64,000 nucleotides of DNA from an uncultured virus (IMG/VR IMGVR_UViG_3300042988_001414) (lineage: Duplodnaviria; Heunggongvirae; Uroviricota; Caudoviricetes), in the IMG/VR virus record IMGVR_UViG_3300042988_001414. One strand, written 5' to 3'. The position numbers were made by a program, and so were the translations under genes. Numbering within the stretch: the first letter of the stretch is position 1; the number at the start of each line of letters is the position of its first letter. Below the pieces are notes generated by a model that searched no databases, had not been told where the DNA came from, and worked only from the letters and a program-made list of their open reading frames with translations. Positions 45,351 through 55,517 of this stretch are shown here, in pieces.

Positions 45351-45602
45351 ATGATCATCACCGCCAAGTTCGCCTCTGTTTGCCCCTGCTGCTCCACCCG
45401 CATCACCGTCGGCGAGAAGGTTGAGTGGTCGAAGGGGGAGAAGGCCCGCCACGTGCGATGCGCGGGCAAGCCTGCGGTCGCGAGCACCGCGCGCCGGTCG
45501 TACGCGCGCCGCTCTGGCGCTGGGTGGGCCGCGCCGGTCCCTGGGTACTCTAGCTGGTGTACCGACTCGCCGAGCTGCGGCTGCTACGACTGCGCGTCCT
45601 GA
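45351..45602 (+). CDS. Small Cys-rich hypothetical protein
   Basis: AAGGAG RBS; AKFASVCPCC...H..C. Confidence 0.6.
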   Translation: MIITAKFASVCPCCSTRITVGEKVEWSKGEKARHVRCAGKPAVASTARRSYARRSGAGWAAPVPGYSSWCTDSPSCGCYDCAS

Positions 45603-45678
45603 CTTCGGTGTCGCGCTCGGGGCCCTGAGGGGCCTCGACCGCGGCGTCGAAGCCGCCAACCAAAAGAAGAGAACCACC

Positions 45679-46101
45679 ATGACCACCACCGAAAAACGAA
45701 CTATCCGCCTCAGTGACTCCGCGCCCGTGAAGATCTCCACCACGGAATGGGAGGTCGTCGCGACGAGCGAGGACCACGACAATCAACACAGGAGCCAGGC
45801 GAACACGCTGTGGACCATCGAGGTGCTCGAACACCGAGACGGCCGGCGCATCGTCGCGGGCCAAGCGGTCGCAGGCCCTGGCGGGAAACCGATCACGTGG
45901 CGCAATCAATACGCCGGGTGGCTCGTGCCTGCCGTGACCGATCCGACCCGCATGCGTCAGCCGGCGGACGGCGGGCCGCTAACCTCAATGCACCCCGACG
46001 ATGCTGGGACCATCCGAGCGATCCGCCGAGTCGGTGGCGTCATCGGACGCGAGGATCTCGCTACCGAGTGCATCGGCTCGCTGCCCGCCACTGAGATCTG
46101 A
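45679..46101 (+). CDS. Hypothetical protein
   Basis: TIRLSDSAPVKI...HRDGRRIV...CIGSLPATEI. Confidence 0.6.
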   Translation: MTTTEKRTIRLSDSAPVKISTTEWEVVATSEDHDNQHRSQANTLWTIEVLEHRDGRRIVAGQAVAGPGGKPITWRNQYAGWLVPAVTDPTRMRQPADGGPLTSMHPDDAGTIRAIRRVGGVIGREDLATECIGSLPATEI

Positions 46102-46178
46102 CACGACGTCTTCGACGCGCGCTCCCAACGGGGCGCGCGTAGCGGGCGCCGTGTTGGCGAGACGAGGAGGTTGAGACG

Positions 46179-46367
46179 ATGACAAAGCAAGAGGCAATCG
46201 CGCGACTCCGAGAGGCCGCGGAGGACGAGGACATGAGCGACGAGGCCGAGGAGCTGTTCGAGGCGATGTTCGAACGCAAGCCCGACCCCGATGACGGTGA
46301 CTTGGGCGAGCTCATCTCTCACGCTTACGCAGCGCTGCATGCGCACGATCGCGCGAACGGAGGATGA
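46179..46367 (+). CDS. Small acidic hypothetical protein
   Basis: GAGGAGG RBS. Confidence 0.55.
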   Translation: MTKQEAIARLREAAEDEDMSDEAEELFEAMFERKPDPDDGDLGELISHAYAALHAHDRANGG

Positions 46368-46368
46368 G

Positions 46369-46569
46369 ATGGCAGCGAAGAAAAAGACCAAAGACCCGCC
46401 CAAGAAGGCGTCCGGCGAAAACATCGGCGAGTGGCAACGTCGGACGGAGCGAATCGTCCTGCGAGTGCAGCCGTCCGTGGCTGAGCGAATCCGGCTAGAC
46501 GCAGCGCTGCGCGGTCAGACGATCAGTTCCTACGTGAGTGATCTGGTGATCCAGGAAGACGAGCCATGA
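46369..46569 (+). CDS. Ribbon-helix-helix-like DNA-binding protein
   Basis: RIVLRVQPSVAERIRLDAALRGQTISSYVSDLV. Confidence 0.65.
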   Translation: MAAKKKTKDPPKKASGENIGEWQRRTERIVLRVQPSVAERIRLDAALRGQTISSYVSDLVIQEDEP

Positions 46570-46871
46570 AGCAAGGAACCATCTTCATTCTCACGTCGGG
46601 ATGCTACTCCGACTTCGGCATCTACGAGGTCATGCGTGCGAAGGCCGACTTTGACTTCGACGACGTCGTGGCGACCGTGCCGAAGGACTCTCACTCCATC
46701 AGGAAGCTTGTGGACAGGCTTCTCGAGACGGGACTCGCGGAGTCCGTATCCGCGCCGGCGATTTGGCTTGGTGAGTATGGCAGCATCGAGACTCCGACGG
46801 AGTCCTTCGAGGTCACCATGAGGAAGCGCTATCCGAGCCCGGACCGGTGGGTTCGACAAGGACGAGAATGA
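46566..46871 (+). CDS. Hypothetical protein
   Basis: TSGCYSDFGI; coupled. Confidence 0.55.
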   Translation: MKQGTIFILTSGCYSDFGIYEVMRAKADFDFDDVVATVPKDSHSIRKLVDRLLETGLAESVSAPAIWLGEYGSIETPTESFEVTMRKRYPSPDRWVRQGRE

Positions 46872-47560
46872 ACCTGACCGACCTCTACAACCTGACCTTC
46901 GCCGCGGCGCAGGCTTCGAACGAACCGCTGACGCGAGAGAACGTCGAAGCGTGTCAGGTGCTCGCCGATGTGTTGTTGGAGCACGGTCTGATCTCGCCTC
47001 ACGTGCCGAACGCCGTCGGAGTCACAGCGGCGACCACCGATGGCGTTCCGAATCCATGGAGAGCCACCGTATTCTCCACGACCGACGACGAGGAGATGTC
47101 CCGTCGACAATCCATTCGGGGCAACGAGCTCGCCGCGCGACGCTGGGCGCGTCAGCAATTCGCGCTGCTCTGGAAGGCATGCGTGAGTCCAAGAAACCCG
47201 CGCGACCTTCGTGGATCGATCGAGCTGTTCGACGAGCACGGCGTGACCATCGCCAAACTGGAGGCCTCATTTCAGGTACGAAGTCTGGCGTATCCCGACC
47301 GAAAAGATCTGGTCTTGGATCTTGTCTGGGCCGAAGACCTCGTCGTCGAGAAGACGCAGTCGATCTTCATGGTCGCGTTCCGGATCAACGATTGTGACTT
47401 CGACGTCACGAGTCGGAGGCCTGCTTCGGAGGTCATGAGCAACACGACGCCGACAGCCTTCTCGGTGGTTCGGTTCGATTCGAGAACGCTGACTGGCACC
47501 ACCACTTTGGGCGACCTCATCGCTGTGCGCGCTTCGATGCCGTCGACCGAGATGCCGTGA
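46868..47560 (+). CDS. Hypothetical protein
   Basis: Coupled ORF. Confidence 0.55.
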   Translation: MNLTDLYNLTFAAAQASNEPLTRENVEACQVLADVLLEHGLISPHVPNAVGVTAATTDGVPNPWRATVFSTTDDEEMSRRQSIRGNELAARRWARQQFALLWKACVSPRNPRDLRGSIELFDEHGVTIAKLEASFQVRSLAYPDRKDLVLDLVWAEDLVVEKTQSIFMVAFRINDCDFDVTSRRPASEVMSNTTPTAFSVVRFDSRTLTGTTTLGDLIAVRASMPSTEMP

Positions 47561-47567
47561 AATGACG

Positions 47568-47598
47568 AAACGCCGCCCTCCCGAAGGAGAGCGGCGTG
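47568..47598. terminator. Intrinsic terminator between convergent operons
   Basis: ACGCCGCCCTCC-CGAA-GGAGAGCGGCGT hairpin with a short T run on the minus strand. Confidence 0.7.
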
Positions 47599-47704
47599 GT
47601 TACTTTCGAGAGTGCGACGGGCCCGAGGACACAGGCGCCTCGGGCTTCGCCGTTCGTGGCCGATAGGCTATCGGCCACTGGCCGTTAGCGCCAACGATGG
47701 TGGG

Positions 47705-48557
47705 TCAGCGAGACAGCCAGATCGGAGCGGAGATGCACTTGCCACGCTCGCTGTCGATCAGGAACCAGGATTGCTAGGAAGCGCTCGCAGTGGTCGATCA
47801 GGAACACCTGCTCTTCGGGCGGGGAGAGTAGGTTGTTCTCTACGAGCTCGGGGTGGATATAGCCCGTCATCATGTCACCCATCAGTGCGATGACGGCCGT
47901 GCGGCAGTCGAAGCGATCGTCCCGCAACATCCACTCGAATCCGTCGGCGAGTCGGTCAATGCACTTGGCCGCGATCTCGGTGTTGTAGACGTTCAGGCCG
48001 TTGACCGTCTCGGGGCTGACCTCTTCGCCCACGTGCCAGTCGGAGCAGAGGAGAACAGGGACGCCCTTGCGTTGCGTGCCGCCGGCGGTCTTCGGCACCT
48101 CGATGGGGCGCGGCGTTCGCGCCACGGCCTTGAAGTTGGATAGTTCGTCCTCCTTCGCTGCGAGCTCCTGGAGTAGCGCACGCGTGCGGACCTCGAAGGA
48201 GGCGAGACGTTGCCGCATGCGATGCATGCCGACTTGGTCGGCTGGAGTCACCGAAGGCGAGCTTGACGGGATGGTGGTCGCGCTGTCGTCCGGCAACGGA
48301 ACGGCGGTGGCGATCTCCATGCGCTCCGTGTCTCGCTCATCGACTGGCGGGATGCGCGGAGAGCGCTTCTTCAGAAAGGTGAATGGACTTGGCAGCCCAG
48401 CCTTCCTGAAGGCCGAATCGGCGGAGTGACGAGACACGTCGAAGCCTAGCGCGTCGGCAATTGCCTCGATCGCCGTGGCGAGATCACGGTGCTCGCCCAG
48501 GATCTGTTTGGCGCGCTCGATGTTCTCGACGGACCAACGGTACGTTGAGCACGTCAT
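47705..48557 (-). pseudogene. Metallophosphoesterase with apparent internal deletion/frameshift
   Basis: SDWHVGE and GDMM present but no GNH motif; C-terminal QSWFLIDSERGKCISAPIW lies in another frame. Confidence 0.6.
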
Positions 48558-48742
48558 GACGTCTCGCCCGGCGAGCCTGCCTCGTTCTCGCTGTCATCGT
48601 CGCGCCCGACGAGCGCATCGACGATGTGCTCGCCGATCTTCGTGCCGATGGCGGCGGCCGTGGACAGAACGAGCTTGGACAGTGCGCTTCGTCCAAGCTT
48701 GCGCCACCACTGGCGCGACTCATCGCTCATCGGTGCGAGCAT
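48554..48742 (-). CDS. Small hypothetical protein
   Basis: GGAGG RBS; coupled. Confidence 0.5.
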   Translation of the reverse strand: MLAPMSDESRQWWRKLGRSALSKLVLSTAAAIGTKIGEHIVDALVGRDDDSENEAGSPGETS

Positions 48743-48847
48743 CGAGGCCTCCTTGATTCTCCAGCGTGTGGTGAAGCTAAGCGGAAGGAATGAGGTCGCG
48801 AGTCGTGCGCAGCACTCGGCTGCGCTTGGAACGAGCTGTGTCCTGCG

Positions 48848-49633
48848 CTACCGCATGGCCAGCGCTGACTCGAGCGCGGCTCGTGTCTGCGGACCGACGA
48901 TGCCGTCCTGACGGATCATCGACCACCGTTGGAAGGCCAGCACGGCCTCGCGCGTGCGCGGCCCCGCGATGCCGTCGGCCGGACCAGGATCGAATCCAAG
49001 ACGAGCCAGCGCGATCTGAATTCCGCGGACCGAGCGCACGTCGGGATTGTCGTTCGACGGTGCTTCCGTTGGCTCGATGCCGGTCAGGCGCGTGACGATC
49101 TCATCCCAGCGAGCTCCGCGTGCGTTGCGTCGAACGGCGTCTTCGAGCTCACCAACGGTGATCGCGAAGTCGCGGTTCGTGTCGAAGACCGCGTTCGGTC
49201 CGTAGGCCCACCCGAGCGGGCCGTTCTTCGCCGTCAGGATGAAGCTCGGATCGTCGCAGTGCTTGACGAGCGCTGGCAGGAAGGTCGCGACGTAGAGTCC
49301 AGCGACCGAGCCGAGGTGACCTCGATACGGCAGGTAGTAGCGTCGAACGTAGGGGAGCTGTTCGGCCGCGGTGAGTTGTCGGAAGGCTGCGTGTCCGTGC
49401 GTCCAACCGAGCCCCATCAGTGTCGCTGGCATGAACTGGATCAAGCCCGACGCGTTCCAACGCTTCTCCGGAGGCAGATCCTTCGGCGCGTCGTTGTGCG
49501 CGTTCGCTCGGCATCCGCTCTCCGAGAACATGACCGAGAGCATGTCGATCGGGGTGGCGCCGAGCTCGATGGCGATCGGCTTGAGGTTCTCGAAGAAGCT
49601 TGCGTTGAGGTCTGACGTGTGGCGGATGATCAT
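48848..49633 (-). CDS. Endolysin (lysozyme/SLT-like + peptidoglycan-binding domain)
   Basis: VMFSESG, ASGLIQFMPAT; IQIALARLGFDPGPADGIAGPRTREAV...DGIVGPQT. Confidence 0.9.
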   Translation of the reverse strand: MIIRHTSDLNASFFENLKPIAIELGATPIDMLSVMFSESGCRANAHNDAPKDLPPEKRWNASGLIQFMPATLMGLGWTHGHAAFRQLTAAEQLPYVRRYYLPYRGHLGSVAGLYVATFLPALVKHCDDPSFILTAKNGPLGWAYGPNAVFDTNRDFAITVGELEDAVRRNARGARWDEIVTRLTGIEPTEAPSNDNPDVRSVRGIQIALARLGFDPGPADGIAGPRTREAVLAFQRWSMIRQDGIVGPQTRAALESALAMR

Positions 49634-52473
49634 GCTGCCCTCTTGACGGTTGAAGCGTCGGCGTGGACGACGAACGAGTAAGCCGTGTCTCGGTGGATGC
49701 CGTCCGCCGAGACCGAATCGGCGACCACCGCAACGTCGGCCCTCGCAACGTCTCTCGTGATCGGCGCGCACACGGCGGCGTCAGTCGACATCGCCACCGC
49801 GCTGACGATGTCAGACGCGATGATGACCGGAATGAAGGTGGTGACGACGCCCGTCGCAAGCGCGGTGAGCGGGCCGAGCGTGACGACCAGGCTGCCGAAG
49901 GCGAGCGTCTTGACCGAACCATCGGCAAGGACGGTGAGCGGCCCAAGCGTCACGGAGGACGCCCCCCGAACGAGAACGACACCGGCAGCCGACGAGGTGA
50001 GGCCTTCGAGCGTGGCGGATACGGATCCAGCCACGCGGGCGGTGCCGGTGCTCGCGACGGTGAGCGAGTCGAGCGTCGCGGCTCCGTCCCCGACGATGGC
50101 CACGCGGCCAGCCGAGGAGGACGTGAGAGCGCCGAGGGTGGCATCCGCCGACCCCTTGACGGCGACGGTGCCCAAGCTCGAAGCGGTGAGCGCGCCGAGG
50201 GTCTGGGCCACGCTGCCGGCCACCGCAGCGACGCCGGAGCCTGCCGCGGTGAGCGCACCGAGCGCCGACGTGAGAGAGCCGGTGACGACGGCGGCAAGGG
50301 TCCCAGACGCCGACAGCGTGACGTCGCCAAGGGTCGCGGCCAGCGCGCCCTTGACGAGCACGCCACCGGCAGAGGCCGATGTGATGGCGTCAAGCGTTGG
50401 GCTGCCGGACCCGCGCACGGCAACCTGACCGGCGGCCGCGGAGGTGAGCTCACCGAGCGTCGTCCCGGTCGCGCCCTGAACCAAGACGCCCGCCGCCGAC
50501 GTCGACGTGAGCGCGCCGAGGGTCTTGGCGAGCGTCCCTTGGACCGCGACGGCACCGGCAGAGGACGACGTGAGGGTGCCAAGGGTCGGCGCGCCGGTGC
50601 CCTTGACCAACACGACGCCAGCCGCCGAAGAGGTGAGGGCATCGAGTGTCTTGGCGACGTCGCCCTTGACCGCGACCTGCCCGGAGCTCGACGCGGTGAG
50701 GGCGTCGAGCGTCACGGAGAGCGCGCCGGTGATGCCTCCTGATGTGACCGTGCCGGCGGAAGCCAGCGTGACCGCGTCGAGCGTCTTGGCGAGGGTGCCC
50801 TGGACGGCGACCGCGCCAGCCGCGGAGGACGTCAGCGCGCCGAGCGTTGGAGCTGCGTCACCCTTGACCGCAACCGATCCGGCCGATGCGGAGGTGAGCG
50901 ACCCAAGCGTCTGGGCCAGAACTCCGGCAACGGCCACCGCCCCAGCGCTCGAAGACGTGAGGGTCCCGAGCGTCGCTGACGTCGCGCCGGCAACGCGCAC
51001 GACTCCGGTGCCGACCGCGGTGAGTGCGCCGAGGGTCTGAGACAGGGTCCCGATGAACCCGGAGACGGTCGGGGTCGGGAGGTCTTCGTCGAACCAGGAC
51101 CGCGCGGTGAGTCCGCCGAACCAGCCGGCGAGCTCGAACTCGTGCTCGGTCGCATCGTAGTCCGTCGCTCGCAGCCTCTGTGACGGTGAGCCTTGGATCG
51201 TCGTCCCGCCGGAGGGGGTGAAGACGATCGTGAGCTGCGCTGGGGTACCGGTCGCGTGCCTCTCGTCCGATGCGATGTGGGACCACGAGACCGTCGAGAT
51301 CCCCCACATGTTCGCGCCGCCGACGCCGAACATGATCGCGTCGGAGGTGCCGCCCGAATACGAGTAGGCCGCGCCGTTGACGAGGTCGCTCACCAACGAT
51401 TGCACGTTGATGTTCAGCGTCGCGTTGCTCGCAGGAACGCTTGTGTCGACGCTCGCCGATCGGTAGGACCTCCCAAACGGACGATCGCCAGCGGATGCCG
51501 TCGCAGGGGTGTTCGAGTCTTGGCACTTCGTCCTGACGGTCCACGGGCCGCCGCCGCCACCCGTGTCACCGGTGCTTCGATCGCACGTGATCTGCGTGCC
51601 TGCGTCGATGGACGTCGGTCGGCCGCCAAGGTTGATCGAAGCCCACCGGAGGCCGACGCAGTCCTGCGGGCCGGGGTCGGAGTCGTCGACGTAGAGCTGC
51701 CACTCGTACCGGGTGTCGCCCGGTGAGGACTCGATGCCGTCGATCCAGAGCGTCGTCCCGTCGCTCTGGGAGTCGTTGCCGGATCCGGTGTTGGTGAGCG
51801 GTCCAATCGTGTCCGGCGAGACCCAAAGGACAGGGGCCGCCCGATGCCGAGCGCGACGGCGAACGCTTGGGAGCTCGATGCGGATCCCGCGCGCTGTCCT
51901 CCGGACGACACGGGACTTCGCTTCCTCGGACGTCCAGGCAACACGCCATCCGGATTCATCGATGACGTGCGTGGCGGTCTCGCGAGCCACGCGACGAAGC
52001 TCGTGGTCGACGACGACGCGGTGCTCACCGACAGCCTTCGCTACGACCTCCGTGTCGAGTCGAGCTCGGTCTCGGCAGCCGGCGACAAAGACAACGGTGG
52101 CGCGCGCATGATCGGTCTCAAGGACGAGCGCGATGCGAGCGCTGACGGTGGCTTCGAGCTGGTCTTCGTCGGCGAGCTTCTCGACGCGGACGCGCGGTAG
52201 CTCGTCGCGGAACGCGCCACCGATCTTGCGCTGGAGTCGCGGGACAAAACGCGAAAGGCGCTCAGAACCACGCCAGATCTCGACAGCGCCGGCGATGAAC
52301 CGTGCTTCGAGATCCGCGTAGCTGAGCGCCATGCGGTCGCTGCTCCACACGTACGGCACGAACGAGCCGTCATGGAGAGCGACGTTGAGTTGTCCGATGA
52401 GGGCCTTGTACGCCCGCTGGCCAGTCGACAGCGAGAGGAGTCGACCCTCGCGCGTCCAGCCGAGATGCTTCAT
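49630..52473 (-). CDS. Large virion fibre/adhesin-like protein with ~22-aa repeats
   Basis: Many G..A.TLG.LT..A.G.V.V repeats in the C-terminal half. Confidence 0.6.
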   Translation of the reverse strand: MKHLGWTREGRLLSLSTGQRAYKALIGQLNVALHDGSFVPYVWSSDRMALSYADLEARFIAGAVEIWRGSERLSRFVPRLQRKIGGAFRDELPRVRVEKLADEDQLEATVSARIALVLETDHARATVVFVAGCRDRARLDTEVVAKAVGEHRVVVDHELRRVARETATHVIDESGWRVAWTSEEAKSRVVRRTARGIRIELPSVRRRARHRAAPVLWVSPDTIGPLTNTGSGNDSQSDGTTLWIDGIESSPGDTRYEWQLYVDDSDPGPQDCVGLRWASINLGGRPTSIDAGTQITCDRSTGDTGGGGGPWTVRTKCQDSNTPATASAGDRPFGRSYRSASVDTSVPASNATLNINVQSLVSDLVNGAAYSYSGGTSDAIMFGVGGANMWGISTVSWSHIASDERHATGTPAQLTIVFTPSGGTTIQGSPSQRLRATDYDATEHEFELAGWFGGLTARSWFDEDLPTPTVSGFIGTLSQTLGALTAVGTGVVRVAGATSATLGTLTSSSAGAVAVAGVLAQTLGSLTSASAGSVAVKGDAAPTLGALTSSAAGAVAVQGTLAKTLDAVTLASAGTVTSGGITGALSVTLDALTASSSGQVAVKGDVAKTLDALTSSAAGVVLVKGTGAPTLGTLTSSSAGAVAVQGTLAKTLGALTSTSAAGVLVQGATGTTLGELTSAAAGQVAVRGSGSPTLDAITSASAGGVLVKGALAATLGDVTLSASGTLAAVVTGSLTSALGALTAAGSGVAAVAGSVAQTLGALTASSLGTVAVKGSADATLGALTSSSAGRVAIVGDGAATLDSLTVASTGTARVAGSVSATLEGLTSSAAGVVLVRGASSVTLGPLTVLADGSVKTLAFGSLVVTLGPLTALATGVVTTFIPVIIASDIVSAVAMSTDAAVCAPITRDVARADVAVVADSVSADGIHRDTAYSFVVHADASTVKRAA

Positions 52474-52477
52474 TGGG

Positions 52478-53809
52478 TCACCAGGTGTAAACGATGCAGT
52501 ACCCGCCGCCGCCCACTCCACCGGCGCCGCCGAGGCCAGGGTTCATCCCGACGCCGCCGCCGCCACCACCGCCACCGCCGAGACCTCCTGCACCGCCCGC
52601 CGCGCCGGCTGTGGATGCCGTGACGGTCGTGCCGCCGCCGCCACCACCACCGCCGCCCTTGCCGCTGTTACAAGCGGCGCCATCGCCGCCTGCCGTAGGC
52701 GTGGCGCCGGAGGTGCCTACCGATGCACCACCGCCAGCCGCGTACGAGCCAGACCGACCGCCAGCGCCGCCGGCGACGATCGCTGGGACGTTGCTGTGAG
52801 ATCCGCCCGCGCCGCCACCGCCGCCGCCGCGGAGCGATGAGCCGCCAAGAGAAGAAGCGACTGGCGTCGCTGCGATGCCGGCGCCACCCGCGCCGCCGAA
52901 TTCTGCATTCGCGGTCGTGGACACCGCCGCGCTACCGGTGACCCCCTGCCCGCCTGCGCCGTTCGTGGCCGCCGTTGGAAGGCCGCCAGTGCCTCCGGAT
53001 GTGGTCCCGGACGCGCCCGCGCCGCCAGCGCCGCCACCACCGCCGCCGCCGGTGACCGCCGCGGAGATTGCGCCGCCAGCGCCGCCACCACCGCCGTACG
53101 CGGTGAGCCACGTCCCGAACGTCGTGTTGCCTCCGATGCCACCCGCGCCGCCCGCGGCGCCTGCCGCGCCGGGCGCGCCCGCGGTCCCGCCGGCGCCGCA
53201 CGTGACGGACTCCGTCGAGCCGAGATCAGCAGCGTTGAACACGCCGCGAACCCACGCACCGCCACCGCCGCCACCGCCACCCTTGGCCACGGTCGCAGTC
53301 GCGAGTGATGCGCCCGCACCTCCGCCGCCGCCGGCGCCGATCGCCTCGACGATGACGACCTTCGGGGTGAACGCCGTGGGCTTCGTCCACGTGCCGCTCG
53401 CGGTGAAGATCTGAATGTCAGGAGGCCCAGCGTTCGTCGTGAGGAGCTCCGCGCCGCCCGCGCCGAAGCGGACCCACGATCCGTTCTGCGTGAACAGGAC
53501 CGACTCGCCAGCGGCGAGCGTTCCCTTCCACAGCGTGACCTCGGTGGTGCCGTCCGTGTGCGTGACCTCGACCAGGTTGGACGTCGAGCCGTGGTCGTTG
53601 CGGATGTGGATCCCGCGGACGTTGCGCTGGACGCTCGAGCCCGGACTTCCAACGATGTTGGTGGTGGTCGCCGTTGAGATCGTGAAGTTGTCCGCCGCCG
53701 CCGTGATGGTGCCCGCGTTGTTGTCGGCGTAGCTGACCTGCACCTCGACGGTGCCCGCCGAGCCCGTGATGAGCTTCACGAGCGATGTGTTCGTGTCGAG
53801 GATCAGCAT
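52478..53809 (-). CDS. Glycine-rich virion/fibre protein
   Basis: FTASGTWTKP...GAGGGGG glycine-rich domain. Confidence 0.7.
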   Translation of the reverse strand: MLILDTNTSLVKLITGSAGTVEVQVSYADNNAGTITAAADNFTISTATTTNIVGSPGSSVQRNVRGIHIRNDHGSTSNLVEVTHTDGTTEVTLWKGTLAAGESVLFTQNGSWVRFGAGGAELLTTNAGPPDIQIFTASGTWTKPTAFTPKVVIVEAIGAGGGGGAGASLATATVAKGGGGGGGGAWVRGVFNAADLGSTESVTCGAGGTAGAPGAAGAAGGAGGIGGNTTFGTWLTAYGGGGGAGGAISAAVTGGGGGGGAGGAGASGTTSGGTGGLPTAATNGAGGQGVTGSAAVSTTANAEFGGAGGAGIAATPVASSLGGSSLRGGGGGGAGGSHSNVPAIVAGGAGGRSGSYAAGGGASVGTSGATPTAGGDGAACNSGKGGGGGGGGGTTVTASTAGAAGGAGGLGGGGGGGGGVGMNPGLGGAGGVGGGGYCIVYTW

Positions 53810-53815
53810 GGCCGA

Positions 53816-54223
53816 TTACGCGTTGCCGTCGGTGAGCGTGAAGCTGGTGATGGTGATCTGTTGACCGAGCGTGACGACGTTGTTGTCGAGCGTCATGTCT
53901 CCACCGCCGCCGGAGATCGTGACGGTGCCTTGCAGGTGGCACGTCGAGCCGCCCGAGTCGTAGATGCGGAAGTGAGCGACGGTTCCGGCTGCGTCCGCCG
54001 AGAGGTCCTGCCACGTTCCGGCGAGCGCCTTCGATCCGCCGGACGCAGCCGCCGCCCAGTCCGCAGGAAGAGTCATCGTCGCGACGACCGTGCCGGAGTC
54101 GGCCGTTCCGCAGTTGGCTGGCGCGGCACCCGTTCGAAGACGAAGGATCGGTGACGCTCCGATCGTGGTCTCGATCACGTCGAGTCGGGCGTTGCGAACC
54201 GTGGTCGAAAGCTGAATGGCCAT
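53816..54223 (-). CDS. Conserved virion structural protein
   Basis: STTVRNARLD...GTVAHFRI...QGTV...GDMTLDN. Confidence 0.7.
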   Translation of the reverse strand: MAIQLSTTVRNARLDVIETTIGASPILRLRTGAAPANCGTADSGTVVATMTLPADWAAAASGGSKALAGTWQDLSADAAGTVAHFRIYDSGGSTCHLQGTVTISGGGGDMTLDNNVVTLGQQITITSFTLTDGNA

Positions 54224-54230
54224 GATGTCC

Positions 54231-54539
54231 TCAGTTGGAAAGGCCGAAGCGCGCGAGCACCTGCCGCTTGACCGTTGTGGATCGAATGGTCCCGCCGGGG
54301 ACCGTCAGCTCGGCGAAGAAGTAGTGGTCGCCCTCGGTGACCAGCTCGCCACTCATGACGTGTGTGACCTCGATCGCGTTCGTGGTCGCGTTCGACGTCG
54401 TGGCCGTCCACGTCGACTCGTTGCCGAACGGATCGCGGACGATGATCTTGGCAGCGGTCACCGTCGTGAGGTCGACGTCCTTCGACGTCACCGTGAGGCG
54501 GTAGGCCTCTGGTGCTTGCGCTCCGACGTAGAGGGGCAT
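54231..54539 (-). CDS. Ig-like (BppU-like) structural protein
   Basis: VDLTTVTAAKIIVRDP...W.A beta-rich pattern. Confidence 0.5.
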   Translation of the reverse strand: MPLYVGAQAPEAYRLTVTSKDVDLTTVTAAKIIVRDPFGNESTWTATTSNATTNAIEVTHVMSGELVTEGDHYFFAELTVPGGTIRSTTVKRQVLARFGLSN

Positions 54540-54757
54540 CAGAACCTCTTGGGTGGGTAGCTCGATCGGAACGTGTGCGCTGACTCGACCGAGGTGAGCT
54601 GCGTCCCGTCACACACGCCGCACGCATCGCAGTAGGCGCACGAGAGAGCGTGCGGTGGCGTGCACGCGAAGCACATGACTTGCCCACCACCGCCGCACGA
54701 AACGCAGTCCGCACACGCCGGACACGGGACAAGCGTTGGAGCGTCGCGGTCGATCAT
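54539..54757 (-). CDS. Small Cys-rich Zn-finger protein
   Basis: Multiple CxxC motifs; coupled. Confidence 0.5.
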   Translation of the reverse strand: MIDRDAPTLVPCPACADCVSCGGGGQVMCFACTPPHALSCAYCDACGVCDGTQLTSVESAHTFRSSYPPKRF

Positions 54758-55191
54758 CGGATTCCCAACGCTCGACCGATGACCGCGGACAGCACCATCC
54801 CGAGGCTGATGGATATGGACATGGAGATCGTGAGAGCGAGCGCGTAGCGACGCACGATCCGACCGACGTCCATGTCGTTCGCGTCGCGACGCACAAGCTC
54901 GGTGTGGACTTGGTCGTGGTCGATCGTCCACCTCTTGAGCTTCTGCAACTCGTCAGCGAGGCCGGCTTCGACGCTTCTCGCAAGGTCGACCTTCTCCGAC
55001 AGCTCATCGAGCTTGATCGACAGAGGTGCGACGCACGACCGAACGCTGTCAGCGATCTCGTCCTTGATCTGCGCGCGCACGTCAGCAGCGACGCGCCGCT
55101 GCGATGTCTCGATCTTCTGGGCGAGGTCAGCGACGATGCCGCGAAGCACGTCGACTTGGTCAACGTTGCGAGTCACCTTACCGTCGTTCAC
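54754..55191 (-). CDS. Coiled-coil protein with C-terminal TM helix
   Basis: Hydrophobic C-terminus. Confidence 0.55.
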   Translation of the reverse strand: MNDGKVTRNVDQVDVLRGIVADLAQKIETSQRRVAADVRAQIKDEIADSVRSCVAPLSIKLDELSEKVDLARSVEAGLADELQKLKRWTIDHDQVHTELVRRDANDMDVGRIVRRYALALTISMSISISLGMVLSAVIGRALGIR

Positions 55192-55199
55192 CGGTCACC

Positions 55200-55517
55200 T
55201 CACTTCTTGCAGCGGACTCGAAGCGTGCCGCCAGCGCCGCACTCGCGGACCTCGGCGGGCGTCCCAGCCTCGATGAGACATCCGGTCGGAACGACCGCGA
55301 TCCACGAGGCTCGGTAGAGTGTTTGCGCGCACGTGTTGCCGCCGTCCGGAGCGTCGCCCTCAGGACATCCGACCGCGCGAAGGTTCGCGCAGACCTGGAC
55401 GAACGGGCCGGGCGCTTGGGTCTCGCGCTCGACGATCGGAGGCTCGGGCGGTGGCGACGATGTCCCGCACGCCATCGTGAGAGCGAAGGCTGCAAGGGCG
55501 ACCAGACATAGCTTCAT
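55200..55517 (-). CDS. Cys-rich lipoprotein
   Basis: MKLCLVALAAFALTMAC lipobox. Confidence 0.65.
   Translation of the reverse strand: MKLCLVALAAFALTMACGTSSPPPEPPIVERETQAPGPFVQVCANLRAVGCPEGDAPDGGNTCAQTLYRASWIAVVPTGCLIEAGTPAEVRECGAGGTLRVRCKK

Noticed and set aside
52478..53400. GGC-rich tract as another GGC-NN array
   Set aside because: 3-nt periodic glycine codons in a coding gene
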